From positions 4,464,001 to 4,528,000 of the forward strand of contig NC_043016.1 in assembly GCF_006345805.1 (NCBI RefSeq): DNA of 64,000 nucleotides, written 5' to 3'. This document shows positions 38,101 to 51,147 of the stretch, piece after piece. The DNA comes from Octopus sinensis. Lineage: Eukaryota. A program made the position numbers and the translations under genes. A model generated the notes under the pieces. That model was not told the DNA's origin. It saw only the letters and a list, made by a program, of their open reading frames with translations, and did no database searches. How positions within the stretch are numbered: the first letter of the stretch is position 1; each line of letters begins with the position of its first letter.

Positions 38101-39697
38101 TTTCGAGGGGTATCCCGCGTGAACTGGGATGCGGAAGGTTCATGTCGGCGTATGCGGACGACGTGACCGTGATAGTGTCGGACATCTCACAAATCGAGAT
38201 GGTCAGCACTAACCAAAGCGGTGACATGAGCAATAATCAGCCAGAAGTCAGTGGGCCTGCAGCTCGGCACCTGGAGAGGCAGGCCCATGCTAAACAACAG
38301 CGGGGTGGGACGCTGGACGGAAAGACTTATTAAGTTGCTCAGGAACTGGTTCGGTCTGGATCTCCGAGTGGACAAGAACAGGAGCGAGGTGAAAGGGTGG
38401 CCAGTCTCACCCAGAAATGGGCCGAGAGGAAGCTGTCCCTGAAAGGTCGGGTGGAGGTGGCGAATGCGTACATCGCATCCGTCATATACTACCGCCTGAC
38501 TCTTGTCCCTCACCCCACTTCCTGGTTGAACGGACTGGTGCGTTTGCTCTTCCGCTTCCTGTGGAGGGGATGGGTACCACTTGTCAGTCCATTTGCTGTC
38601 AGCAACCGTTGCGTGGAGGACAGAGCAAGTCGTGGCTGAGGATGCTCAGACATGCGCTGAGGTTGCGACATCTCCAACGATACCTTAACGGTGAGCAGGT
38701 GTGGTCGCCGTTTGTTGAACATGCAGGATTGTAGCTCGCGTCCTTGACGGAGCTACAATCCTGGAGCAGATCGAGGCAGGGCGCTTGGCACCTAGAATGT
38801 CTCCAAGCGCTCACAGCCCTCAGTCAGTCGGGCAATGCAGTTGGTGGAAGTTTCACTTTGAGTTCTATTAAGGATTAGTGGAGGGAAAGAGCGACGACGT
38901 ACTCAGAGTGGTCCTGGGTGTCGAGGGGGATCAACAAGTTGGTCTCTTCCGGAGGACGTTTGGGCCAGAAACTATGGATAACTTCCAGAAATCCCTGGTT
39001 TAGCAACGCTACCGGGGCTGGAGGGCGCTACTGGTTCGGGATAAGCTCTGCAGGCAAGGGTGTGCAGTCCGTCAGGCTTGTCCGAGATGCATGCAGAACT
39101 ATGAAACCGTTCTGCACGCTCTCGTACAGTGCTCATGCATTGCTGACTTGCGGAGCTTTGTCGAATAGTTATTGTTACGTGTAGGACGGATCCATTGTGA
39201 AAATCACCCCGCCTCCTCGGGAAGGGACAGCAATTTTTCTCTGTCTGGTGACTATGGCAAAAGAGGTTGTGTGGTGGACGCGATTAAAAGGGTTGAAAAC
39301 GGGTACCTTCCTCTTTGTCCAAGGCCTGATTCACTTTTTCAGGTTCCACGTGAAAAGGAAAGAGGGCTAGATATGGAGGTACTATCACCAGTAAGTTCGT
39401 TGAAAGGTGGTGAATGTGGTAAGAATGGTTCGCGTGAATGGGCCTCTACTAAGTGTGCGTTTGTAGGCCGGATGGAAGGGAGAAGAGAGGGTGTGTTCCA
39501 GAGGAGCCGTTGGCATTAAGAGGTCCAAAGTGAGTGAGGTCTCTTTGATCACCTTACGGTGGAACTCCCTTCTATTGTTAGCTTAATCTCTTTGTTAATC
39601 GTTGTGTTTGTTGGTTGTTTATACCTTTAACATCACTGTCCTTCGTCTGTGTATCGTCCTCTATGTTTTGTGTTCGGTCCTGGTGGCCAAGAAGGAA
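35155..39697 (+). mobile_element. L1/Tx1-type LINE, near full length but disrupted (ORF1-like region, APE, RT, Cys-His C-terminus)
   Basis: APE motifs DVIDVSEAR, LVVVYAP, FVGDWNAILN and TDHK. RT motifs YKILAKVLAKRL, LDQKKAFDRVDH, RQRCPLS and YADDV. C-terminal CPRC..ETVLHALVQC. Ends at (CTT)n. Confidence 0.92.
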
Positions 39698-40072
39698 AGT
39701 CTTCTTCTTCTTCTTCTTCTTCTTCTTCTTCTTCTTCTTCTTCTTCTTCTTCTTTCTTCTTCTTCTTCTTCTTCTCTTCTTCTTCTTTTTTTATTGATAA
39801 AGGGCAAATACCCTGAAACATGTCTGCAGCTGTCTGACTGGCAGCATGAAGCGGCTGACCTCCCCTGTTCGAAGGTTTATAATGGACGCAGGTTGTGTGT
39901 CAAATAGCTAGCTTGAGGCGGTGGCCTCTTGGAGCTAATCAGCGACAGCTTTAGTCTTTTATTTATAAGACTGCCATATAAGAATGGCGATAACTATTAA
40001 TTTCCAGTAACGCTGCCGTAATCTCCTTTAGAGAGACTTAGTAATTTTAATATTTCTATTATTATCATTATA

Positions 40073-40128
<56 letters not shown>

Positions 40129-40188
40129 CATTATCATCATTATCATCATCATCATCATTATTATTATTATTGTTGTTGTTGTTGTTGT

Positions 40189-41910
40189 TTTACTTCTCAG
40201 AACGTTCGGTCTTTTTTGTTCTGGTATATTCTTTGAGAGCGGACAGCGGCCTGCTGTCAGAGGTCTCACAGGGTCTCTTTCTGCACATTATAAGCTTTCA
40301 TAATCGGTTGTTACTTATTGTGGGAGACATTCAGCATCCAAGTACCAATTTCAAAATCCTAGCTGTCCCAACAGAGCAGTTGGGGCATGCTCTGCTCTCA
40401 TGTCAATTCCAATTTCTTTGACATATTTCTCGAACTTGGTTATTCATGCTCCTAGTTATCCTACAACTACTGGAATGACAGATACTCTCCTCATAGTCCA
40501 CATTCTTGCAATTTCGTCTTTCAGCAGTTTTTATTTTTCAATCTTTTCAAGTTCTTTTGTCAATTATGCGTGCATCTCCAGGTTTCTGCTTTTTCCCAAT
40601 ATCTGCGACAACAATATCTGGTCATCGAGCCTCGATTAGGGAGTTACATTGGATTGTAAAATCTCACAGTCTCTTATGTTCCTTGTTCTTGGTGACTCCT
40701 CTTTCATGTTCGTACTATTTCCGTGCTCTGTTTAGGCCGTACTTTTCACATACCTCTCCAGTGAATGAATTTAATCCACGTTATCGTGCCTCCTTTTGCA
40801 GCGCTTTTGGGCCAGATTGTTACAATCACTCACAATATGTGAGATTGTTTCGTTTCTGCTGCCACACATCCTACAAAGTTCTCAAAGCTTGCTCCCGGGC
40901 TCTGTATACTAATGCATACTTTCAGATAATTTTTTCTTAGCCATCTCAAAGTATTGATCTTATCGTTTCCTTCGATTTTTCTGAGGTGTTGCCCATGAAG
41001 TGGTTTCATTTTGCTGTTGTTCATTCTTTTTTCTTCTTCAACTTGTTTTATAAATGTTTGTGAGTGCATCACATTTTCGGCAGGCATTCTATTGTTAATT
41101 ATAACAGCAGCAAGCAAGGGTTCACTCTGTTGTTTAATGTACCATCCCACACTATTCTTCACATTGACAACACAGATCTTGCATCCTATGAGACCTCTTC
41201 CTTCCCTGTTCCTAGATACATACACTCTGTCAGTATCGCTTTTCGGTGTAGTTCCTTGTTAATTGCCATTACTTTTCCAGTTTTCCTATCCATTTCCTCA
41301 AGCTCGTTCGTTGTCCACCTAACAACACCTGCACCAAATCGCATTCAGGAAACAGCGTTTCATTGCCCTGATTTCGTTTTTTCTTTTTTCATTGAATCTA
41401 CTTCTCATAACTGATTCTTCTGAAATATTCTTACCTAAAGCTTTCTTTCATTTCACTTTCCTTGATTTTGACGTATTCTAAAATCGCCAGATATTTATAT
41501 CCATTAGTCTCAATATCCTTGATTTTCTCACCGCTGGGTAGCTCTATACCATCAGACGACACTACTTTGCCCCTTTGTATTATAAGCATACCACACCTTT
41601 TAATTTCAAATTCCATCCTGATATCCTTGCTGAATATATGCTCTATTGAAACTAGGCCATTTATTTCACGTTCGGTCATTCCAAGCATCTATAAATCATT
41701 CATGCATAACAGATGATTTAATTGTCCTCCGCTTTTCAAATCACAAACAGCAATCTCCTTGAAGTATGCTTCTCTTGGTGTTAACCATCACCAGAAATTT
41801 TCCACATGAAGTTAACTCTGTATTCCAGTTTTTCATTCAACTTCTAATAAAATTTGATATTTCATCAGACAACCGTACTAGCTCAAGACTTTTTATAATC
41901 CAGAATGGAT
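40189..41910 (-). mobile_element. R4/Dong LINE, 5'-truncated
   Basis: Peptides DIRMEFEIKRCG..GYKYL, MYVSRNREGRGLIG and CGSRNETISHIVSDC..RRHDNV. Tail (AAC)n(AAT)n, with (ATT)n on the other side. Confidence 0.88.
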
Positions 41911-41915
41911 TTATA

Positions 41916-42008
<93 letters not shown>

Positions 42009-42016
42009 TATTATTA

Positions 42017-42080
<64 letters not shown>

Positions 42081-42082
<2 letters not shown>

Positions 42083-45000
42083 TAGTTTTATTTTTATATC
42101 GTGCTTTCACTTCACTACCGAGCGCAGGTCTGTGTGCTTGGGTATGTGCTGTGATTTGTTTGTGATGCTCTGATGGTTATTGTATGGAAAGTGTTCTGCG
42201 TAGGATGTGTGCAGTACCTAGTAGTGCAATTTTCTGTATGTTATATGTGTTTGTAAGTCCTGGTGTTTTTGTTATGTATTTATCTGAATATTTTTTTATC
42301 ATGCCTAATGCACCTACTATGATAGGAATTGTTTCTGTTTTTAGATTCCACATTCTGGTTACCTCTATTTCCAGGTTTTTGTATTTTGAGAGTTTCTATA
42401 TTTCTTTTAGAGACACGTTGTCATCTGCCGGTATGATACATCAATTAGAAAGCATTTTTTTCTTCATGATCTCTGACAACTATATCTGGTCGGTTGGCCT
42501 TAATTTCTCTATCTGTGTGTATCGGCATATCCCAGAGTATGGTTGCTTTCTCGTTTTCTGTAACCTTTTCTGGTGTGTGCCTATACCATCTTTTTTCTGT
42601 TGTTATTCCATAATGTTGGCATAGCTTCCAGTGTATGTAGGTTCCAACTCTGTCATGTCTGTGAATATATTCCTTCTTAGCCAGGACTGGGCAGCCAGAG
42701 ATAATATGATTTATTGTTTCTTGTCCATCTCCACATATTCTGCAGTTACTTGTTATATTTCTTCATTACATTTTGGTAATTTCTGGTGGGGAGGCTTTGG
42801 TCTTGTGCTGCAATTAAAATTCCCTCTGTCTGCTTGAGTCCTGAGCTTCTCAACCATTGCTGGGATTTTCTTTGTCTATTTCTTTTGCGTTTAGTTTAGT
42901 CCAGTATTTACCACGAAGGGGCTTTTCTTGCCATCGTTTATCATGGTTCGTTGCTGTTCTTTTTAGTTTGGATTTCATTTGTTTTATAGCTTTTCTTCTT
43001 CTTCTTCTTCTTCTTCTTCTTCTTCTTCTTCTTCTTCTTCCTTCTTATTCTTCTTCTTCTTCTTCTTCTTCTTCTTCTCTTCTTCTTCTTCTTCTTCTTC
43101 TTCTTCTTCTTCTTCTTCTTCTTCTTCTTCTTCTTCTTCTTCTTCTTCTCTTCTTCTTCTTCATATTTATTAGGTGGTATGATTTCTTGTTTGTATTTGT
43201 CAGCTTCCTTAAATAATGAGAACAGTTTTTGTTTTGCTCGTGTTTTGCCGCTATTGTATCAGTTTTCCTTCCTTCTGAAGTAGATATTTTTGAAGTCCTA
43301 TGGTGGTTATTTTATAGTAGTTTTCCAGCTGTATAAGGCCTCTACCACCTTCTATACGTTGTATATATAGTCTTTCTACGTCAGATTTTGGGTGATGCAT
43401 CCTAGATCTGTCATTATTTTTCTGTTTTCCTATCTATTTTGGTCAGTTCATTAGGTGTCCAGTTAAGGATATTGTAGCTGTAATTATAACTGGGACAGCT
43501 AAAGTGTTAATACCTATTATCTTGTTTTTAGCATTGAGCTCTGTTTTTAGTATTGATCTAACTCGTCTATAATATTCTTTTTTTATTTTCTCTTTCATTG
43601 TGTATGTTGTGTCTTATCTAGTTCATGGATTCCTAAGTATTTGTAAGTTCGGCTTTGGTCTAATTCTCTTATTTCATTGGTTTATCTAGTGTGATGTTGT
43701 TACTCTTAACTAGTTTTCCTCTTTTCATGGTTACTTTGGCGCATTTTTCTAATCCAAATTTCATGTCTATTTCTTTGGTAAATCCATGAACTGTCTTTAA
43801 TAGTGTTTCCAGCTGTTTGTCATTTGCAGCGTATAGTTTTAGGTCATCCATATATAAAAGGTGGCTGATCGTTTTGCCGTAACATTTATATCCGCATCCA
43901 GTTCTATTTAGCATATCAGATAGAGATGACAGTGCCAAGCAGAAAAGGAGTGGAGAGAGCATGTCTCCCTGGAATATTCCTCTTCTAATGGTAATGGTTT
44001 TGGTTTTCATGAGTCCCTCTTTTCTTTGGAGCTGTAGCACGGTTTGCCATTTATTCATAGAGTGCCCTATGAATTTTATAAGGGTTGGTGCTACTTTGTT
44101 AATGGCTAGTGTTTCGAGGATCCATGTGTGGGGGATGCTATCGAACGCCTTTTTGTAGTCGACCCAGGCCATACTGAGGCCTTTCTTCTTTCTGTGGCTG
44201 TCTTCAGTTATGGCTTTATTAATCATTAGTTGATCTTTACAGTCATATGAGCCTTTGCGGCATCCTTTCTGCTCTTCTGGGAACAGGTTGTTTTCGTCCA
44301 GGTGCTTGTTCAACCTTTGCGATATCACTGCAGTAAATGCCTTGTATATTGTAGGGAGACAGGTTATTGGTCTGTAGTTTTCTAGTTTTTCTGTCTCATT
44401 TGATTTGGGAATTAAGATGGTTTTCCCCTTCATGAGCCATTCAGGCATTGTCTCTGGCTCTGCTAGTATGTTGTTAAAGTTTTCAACCAGCTTTTTGTGC
44501 ATTCCTGTTAGATATTTCAATCAGAAGTTGGGGATCTTGTCATGCCCAGGTGCCTTCCAGTTGCTTAGACTTTGCAGTGCCTGGGTGACCTCTTCGGTTG
44601 TTATGGGGGTCCAAAGTTGCTCAGATGCTGAGTTTGTTGTTTTGATACTCCTTTTTTTTGGTTGTTCGTTCGCCGACCATATTTCTCTCCAGAATTCTTC
44701 CACTTCTTCTGCCGTTGGTGCTGCAGTGATTTCTATATTATTTTTGCCAAGTTCTTGGTAGAACTTTTGGGGTTGGAGTTGAACTTTTGTTTTGTCAAAG
44801 AAGCGCTGGCGTTTCTCGTACCGGCGGATCCTTTGTGCTTTGGCAAGGATATCTTGCTTCAGCTTTTCTTTATCTCAGGTAAATCTTTTTCTGTGATGTT
44901 ATATTTGCGGAGTATTTTTGTTTTCTTTTTGTTGCTCAGTAGCGTTGATTGTCTACTGATTTCATTAAGAATCGACAGATCTTTTCTCATTTTTTGTATT

Positions 45001-46314
45001 TTGTTTTGGATGTTATTTATCCACAGGGTTTGTTTGGGTGGTGGTACTCCTATTTGGATGGGTTTGAGTGAGTTTCCGGCTTCTTTTGTGGCTGCAGTGG
45101 CTGCTGCGTATACTAAGTCATTTAGCTCAGTGATATCGCTTTGTGTTTCAGTGGCTATTAGTTCCGTGACGGCTCGGTTTATGCTGTTTATAATTGGTGT
45201 TCTTGTTTCGTCTATTTTGATTTTTGGGAGGTATGGTCGGTGGTCCATTTTGAGCTCTGTGGTTTTCAGTTCTTTGATTATTTTACTTTTTATATTATCA
45301 TAATCATTAGGCTCCCCTTCTTTGTTTCCAGGTTTTAGCTTTGTGTCGCTTTCTTTCTTATTTATATGTTTGTTTGCCGTGTTTTGGCTTGCTGTTTGTC
45401 GTATATTATTATGCATCCTTACGGTCTGGGTTTGTTGTTTTTTATTTACATCGTGTTTGTTGGGAATGTTACGTTTGTCTTCGTGTTTTACTGTTTCAGT
45501 GTTTATATTATTGGGCATTGTTGTGTGGCTTCTATCTACATTTTCCTGGTGTATTTTTTCTTTTAGATGTTCTATTTCTATTTCCGATATTTTTTTTTGC
45601 TTTGAGAATGTATCTTCGTACGTTAGCTATTTTATTAGGGTTCCTTGCTGTATCAAAGTCTATATTTATGTTATTTTCCTTCCATATTTTATATGTATGT
45701 GTTGTTGTGTTTTCATTTCTTGGGTAGAGCACTGCTGTGAAGTATGCGTGTATGATAGAAATGTATTCCTCACGTGTCCATTTATGTCTTTTGGGTTTTA
45801 TTTGCGGGATATGAAGTACAACGTCCGGCCCATTATTTTGACGGTCGTCATTTTCGTAGTGTACCGGTCCGTTCATTTCTGTTGTCATATTGTTTTGCAC
45901 GTGTAGTTTTTCGTACATTTTTGTGTTGTAAGTTTAAAGTACGTACCTCCCGATTGTTATTCTTGGGTTGAATAATATCGGTGGTATTTAATTTCTTCGT
46001 AGTTCCTTTGTACATTGTGTTTGGGGTCGGGGATGATCTGTTGTTGATGGATCGTAATGTATCATGCATGTTTACATGTGTTGTGTTAGAGGTGGAGATG
46101 ATATCGAGTCAAAATACATCATTTCGTTTCGAAAATAGTAATAAATTTCAATGAGCATTACTTACTCGGATACAGTCCAATCCTTTGTTAGTAAATCTTT
46201 GGCTCCATAGGATGTCCTTGTTTTCGATGTTTGTGGATAGATTTCGGAGCTCTGTTTTATCGTTCTTACATCTTAAACGTCCCCTGGTGTTACTCTCCAT
46301 TTGTGTATTGGAAC
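42081..46314 (-). mobile_element. Near full-length R4/Dong LINE flanked on both sides by (ATT)n
   Basis: N-terminal RHKWTREEYISIIHAYF. RT ORF 43669-44520 has YRPITCLPTIYK, WVDYKKAFDSIPH, GIFQGDMLSPLLF and YMDDLKLY. CCHC, NRPDI and 3' UTR follow. A few stops and frameshifts. Confidence 0.94.
42992..43162. repeat. (CTT)n/(GAA)n expansion inside the R4/Dong coding region
   Basis: Flanks align with 23070-23150, where only gaagaaaaagaggaa is present. Confidence 0.9.
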
Positions 46315-46371
<57 letters not shown>

Positions 46372-46384
46372 TATATTATTTTTA

Positions 46385-46463
<79 letters not shown>

Positions 46464-46486
46464 CATCATTATCATTATTATTATTA

Positions 46487-46525
<39 letters not shown>

Positions 46526-46601
46526 CATTATTATCATTATCATTATTATTATTATCATTATTATTATCATTATCATTATTATTATTATCATTATCATTAT
46601 T

Positions 46602-46654
<53 letters not shown>

Positions 46655-46700
46655 ATTATATATTATTATTATTATTATATATTATCATTATTATTATTAT
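46315..46700. repeat. (ATT)n/(ATC)n microsatellite
   Basis: Directly visible. Confidence 0.98.
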
Positions 46701-47740
46701 TTAAGACGTTGCACAGTGTCTAATACGCGATGATCAGGTTTTCAGTCTTATTTCTTAGGTCACCCTTACTGAGCTACCCCCACGATGCTTCCTGATTTTT
46801 TGAGTTGTTAGTTTCACGGTGCAACTGACCATGTAATTCCATGCGGAATAGAGTTTCTTCTCTCTCGTTGGCTATTCATGATTGGAATTCATTAGCACTC
46901 TTAAGTACATTTCTGGTTACTCCTTCTGCTCTAGCAGCATACCGTAGCAGGTCTTCTTTGCTGTTAACCAAATATTCTGCCATGTTTCTTCTTTCACTGT
47001 TCATGCACTCCCGTACGCTAATCAGCCCACGTCCACCTTTACACCTCTTCATGTAGAGCCTGTGTACGTTCACCTTTGGGTGGAGTTCACCATGCATTGT
47101 CATTGCTTTTTGTGTAGTGCGAACGAGTTGGTCAATCTCCGCTCGTGTCCATTTGAGGATGGGTGCACTATAGTGGACTACAGCAACAGCCCATATGTTG
47201 ATGGCAGTCACAAGATTATTTGAGTTGAGTTTTGATTTCAAGAGAAGCTTGAGGCGCTTCAAATAAGCAGTGATGACCTTTCCTTTCATTTCTAGGTGCA
47301 AGATATTGTCCAACTCCAGAATTCCAAGGTACTTGTACCCATCATCATGCGGGTCTTCCATTTTCTCTCCGTTTTGCAATTTTATGACCCTACAATCTGC
47401 TCTTTTCCCCCGTTTCAAATTTAGCATTGCACACTTTGAGATATCGAATTGTTACCTTCGCCCTAGCGAAGACAGAGTTATTGAATTCAGTTTTGCTTGT
47501 TTGTCTGTGGACTCGATATCTCAAGAAGCGCTGCACGGATTCGGATGAAGCTTTCAGGAATGTTTTGGCTTGCGACTGGTACGAACTGATTAGATTTTGA
47601 GATCGATCCGCCCTCGGACAAGGATTCTAGATTATTTTTCCTGTTTTTTTTTTTACTTAATTTTTGAGAGCGGTCAGGTTCATTTTTAGTATTCTCGTTT
47701 GTGAGAGCAGTCGAGTTCATTTCAGATATTCTCATTTTAA
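46701..47740 (-). mobile_element. R4/Dong LINE, internally deleted
   Basis: ORF 46876-47427 contains GYKYLGILE, LLKSKLNSNNLVTAINIWAVAV and RLYMKRCKGGRGLISV. Confidence 0.85.
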
Positions 47741-47764
47741 AAATAATCTCTCTCTGAGTGCTCT

Positions 47765-48480
47765 AGTTGTTTATTAATATTGACTTGACCGAGGTTCGGT
47801 GTTACTCCTGGTAGGATTTATATGGGTACCAATAATCTTAGGTATCTAGTAGCTTTCAATAGTCTTTCAAGTGCTTAGAACCCTCCTGATAATCTTTCCT
47901 GTCCCAAAGAAGCAAGCTTTCTGTTAGAAGCTCTACCGGACATTCTATTACAATCTCCTTCAACCATTTGTTAATATCTTTACTCACAGTTCCCAATACA
48001 ACAAATATTATGGGCACAAACTTTACAATTTTTATAAATCAAATTCTTGAATTTCAAATTTTAAAGGATTGTATCTTTTTTGCAATTGTGTTTCGTCTTC
48101 TTTGTTTACAATCTTGGAATTAAACGTACATGATGGATCAATTAGTAGACAATTTCGCTTTTCCTTGTTAATTATTGTTATGTCTGGTCCAGTATTTTCC
48201 AACTTATTGTCTGTTTGAATAGGAAAATCCCACGGATTCTTACAATTCTCCGACTTCAGTACTCTTCCGACCCGATGTTCTTGCCATGAGAACCATTTTC
48301 AAATCCCCATTTCTGGCAAAGCTTCCAGTATAAAGCTTTTAATACTTGGTCGCGCCTCCATGTCTTATATTCTTCCTCTGCCAACTTGGAACATTCCACA
48401 ACAACGTTTGCAATTGTCCCGTTCCAAGTTTCACAGATTCTACATTCTTCTGACACATTCTCCCCCATAAACGTTTTTAC
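47765..48480 (-). mobile_element. R4/Dong 3' fragment (CCHC, RLE, 3' UTR)
   Basis: Contains ECRICETWNGTIANVVVECSKLAEEEYKTWRRDQV and NKLDRPDITI. Confidence 0.85.
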
Positions 48481-49309
48481 TGAAGTTATTTGTTTTTATT
48501 GCTTTTATCCTTGGCTGCTACAGTTAAGCTCTCTGTTTTTTTAATTGCTTTTTTAAAAATCAATCCTAGGATTTTGTTCCACATACATCTTTATAACAAC
48601 AACAATGATAATAATGACGGTTTCTTTTATTTATCAACAAGGTGGCAGATTAAGGAGATGATGCAAATCAGGCATAAAGTGTCGAGTTTTACATAAAGTC
48701 GAATGATAGCCGGATTCGTCTCATATACGACAACAGGCGTTCAACATATCTCCACTAGTCAGCACCTCTCGGATACTAAACGAGTACATGCAGATCTGTT
48801 TCCTTGCTCTGCGAGCGTCTTGGACACAGCCCGTCTCACATAACTTCTGTACTTGTAAAGTTTGTTTCGAAGTTGTTGCTCCTTAGGAAGCACCGCCCTA
48901 CCATTATTTATGATAGTCGGTATAGCTGCTTAAGCAAGGCGTTAAAGACTATACTATTCAGTTTACCACTTTGTTCAAAAGCCTTCACACGTGTGCCTGA
49001 AATAGAATAGAAAATAACCTGTCGCTGTTCGTTTAAGTCTGAAATGTTGATTTGTTCCCACGTCATATTTCTAGCCCTGGTTGATGGAACACCGGCTTCG
49101 CATTCTTTTTTTTATGTCTAAGAGCCACCATTTAGATCAGAACGTACACTTTGTTTTGTATTGACAAAACAGTTGAATGCCAATTTCGTTTGTAGCAATT
49201 ACCACGACATATCTGGCAACCTCTACCGACTAGTCTTCCCTGGTCTATAGTTTTCTATAACTATAGCATTGGGCGCCGCTTATCGTCGCTATCGACACTT
49301 ATCAAATAA

Positions 49310-50306
49310 GTGGTCCTGAAGGTGGTAGTGGTGGTGGTGGTAATGGTGGTGAAGGTGGTGGTGGTGGTCAAGCTGGTGGTGGTGGTGGTGGAGGTTGTGG
49401 TGGTGGAAATGGTGGTGGTGGTGGTGGTGGTGGTGTGGTGGTGTGGTGGAGGTGGTGGTGTGGTGGTGGTAGAAATGGTGGTGGTGGTGGTGGTGGTGGA
49501 GGTGGTGGTGGTGGAGGTGGTGTTGGTGGTGGTGAAGGTGGTGGTGGTGGTGAAGGTGGTGGTGGTGGGGGTGTTGAAGCTGGTGGTGGTGTGGTGGAGG
49601 TGGTGTGTGGTGGTGGTGGTGGTGAAGGTGGGGGTGGTGGGTGGTGGTGGTGTGGTGATGGTGGTTGAAGGTAATGGTGATGGTGGTAATGGTGGTGAAG
49701 GTGGTGGTGGTGGTGGTGGTGATGATGGTGGTGGTGAAGGTGGTGGTGGTGAAGGTGGTGGTGGTGGGTGGTGGTGGTGAAGCTGGTGGTGGTGGAGGTG
49801 GTGGTGGTGGAGGTGGTGGTGGTGGAGGTGGTGGTGTTGGTGGTGAAGGTGGTGGTGGTGGTGGTGGTGATGGTGGTGAAGGTGGTGGTTTGTGGAGGTG
49901 GTGAAGGTGATGGTGGTGGGTGGTGGTGGTGAAGGGGGGGGGGGGGGGTGCCGAAGGTGGTGGTATTGGTGGTGGTGGTGGTGGAGGTGGTGGTAATGGT
50001 GGTGGTGGTGGTGATTGGTGGTGATGGTGGTGAAGGTGGTGGTGGCGGTGGTGGAGGTGGTAGTGGTGGAGGTGGTGGTGGTGGTGGTGGTGGTGGTGAA
50101 TGTGGTGGTGGAGGTGGTGTTGGTGGTGAAGCTGGTGGTGGTGGTGGTGAAGGTGGTGGTGGAGGTGGAGGTGGTGGTGGTGGTGAAAGTGGTGGTGGTG
50201 AAGGTGGTTGTGGTGGTTGTGGTGGTTGTGTTGGTGGTGGTTGTGTTGGTGGTGGTGGTGGTGGTGGTGGTTGTGGTGGTTGTGGTGGTTGTGTTGGTGG
50301 TGGTGG
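49310..50306. repeat. About 1-kb degenerate (GGT)n microsatellite
   Basis: Directly visible; source of the poly-G/V/P/T ORFs. Confidence 0.97.
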
Positions 50307-50490
50307 CAACCTCATCTTTGATATTGTCGTCTACATGTTCGCCAGCGTCATCGTCTATGTCACACCACCATCATTGTCCGGATTGGCCTCACCAGCCACC
50401 TCAGGTCTCATGGCGGCAGTTCCATCACATGATGTCAGTTGGTCATCTTCGAACCGAAGGACGAACATTATTAATCATCATCATCATTAT
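50307..50490 (+). mobile_element. RTE-clade (BovB-like) LINE, extreme 3' fragment
   Basis: 50358-50411 encodes CHTTIIVRIGLTSHLRSH, matching the RTE C-terminal RIGLxSHxRxH motif. Followed by the 3' UTR tggtcatcttcgaaccgaaggacgaac and an (ATC)n tail. Confidence 0.8.
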
Positions 50491-50664
50491 CGTAGAGGTC
50501 ATATCACCATGATCAGATAACTCATTTCTCATGTGTAAGAAATCATAATAAATGAACAATGATCAAATTACTACAACGTTAAGGAGTGTCAAGGGGAACA
50601 ACTCTGCTAAGTAGATTCAAGAGTTATTGGCTTTACTGATGTTCAACGATACTGTTGGTTTCAA

Positions 50665-50830
50665 GTTTCGTCACAAGGCCACCAATTTCGGTGGAGGGTC
50701 TAAGTCGGTTACATCGACCTCAGTTCTCAACTGGTACTTTATTCTATCGACACCGAGAGGATGAAAAACAAAATCAACATCGGCGGAATGTGTACTCGGA
50801 ACGCAAAGACAGACAAAATGCTACTTGCTA
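50665..50830 (-). mobile_element. Family A SINE, diverged
   Basis: Contains gtcggttacatcgacctcag, aactggtacttt and gaggatgaaa. Confidence 0.7.
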
Positions 50831-50847
50831 CTTATAAAGAAATATAT

Positions 50848-51072
50848 CTCTTTTACTCTTTTACTTGTTTCAGTCATTTGACTGCGGCCATGCTGGAGCA
50901 CCGCCTTTAATCGAGCAAGTCGACCTCGGGACTTATTCTTTGTAAGCCTAGTACTTATTCTATCGGTCTCTTTTGCCGAACCGCTAAGTAACGGGGACGT
51001 AAACACACCAGCATCGGTTGTTCAAGCATGCTAGGGGGACAAACACAGACACAAAAACATACACGCACACAC

Positions 51073-51147
<75 letters not shown>

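Noticed and set aside
49310-50520. Pro-rich 315-aa and Gly/Val-rich ORFs resembling extensin or glycine-rich proteins
   Set aside because: They derive from a degenerate (GGT)n tract that is open in most frames. The only real coding signal is the RTE tail at 50358-50411.
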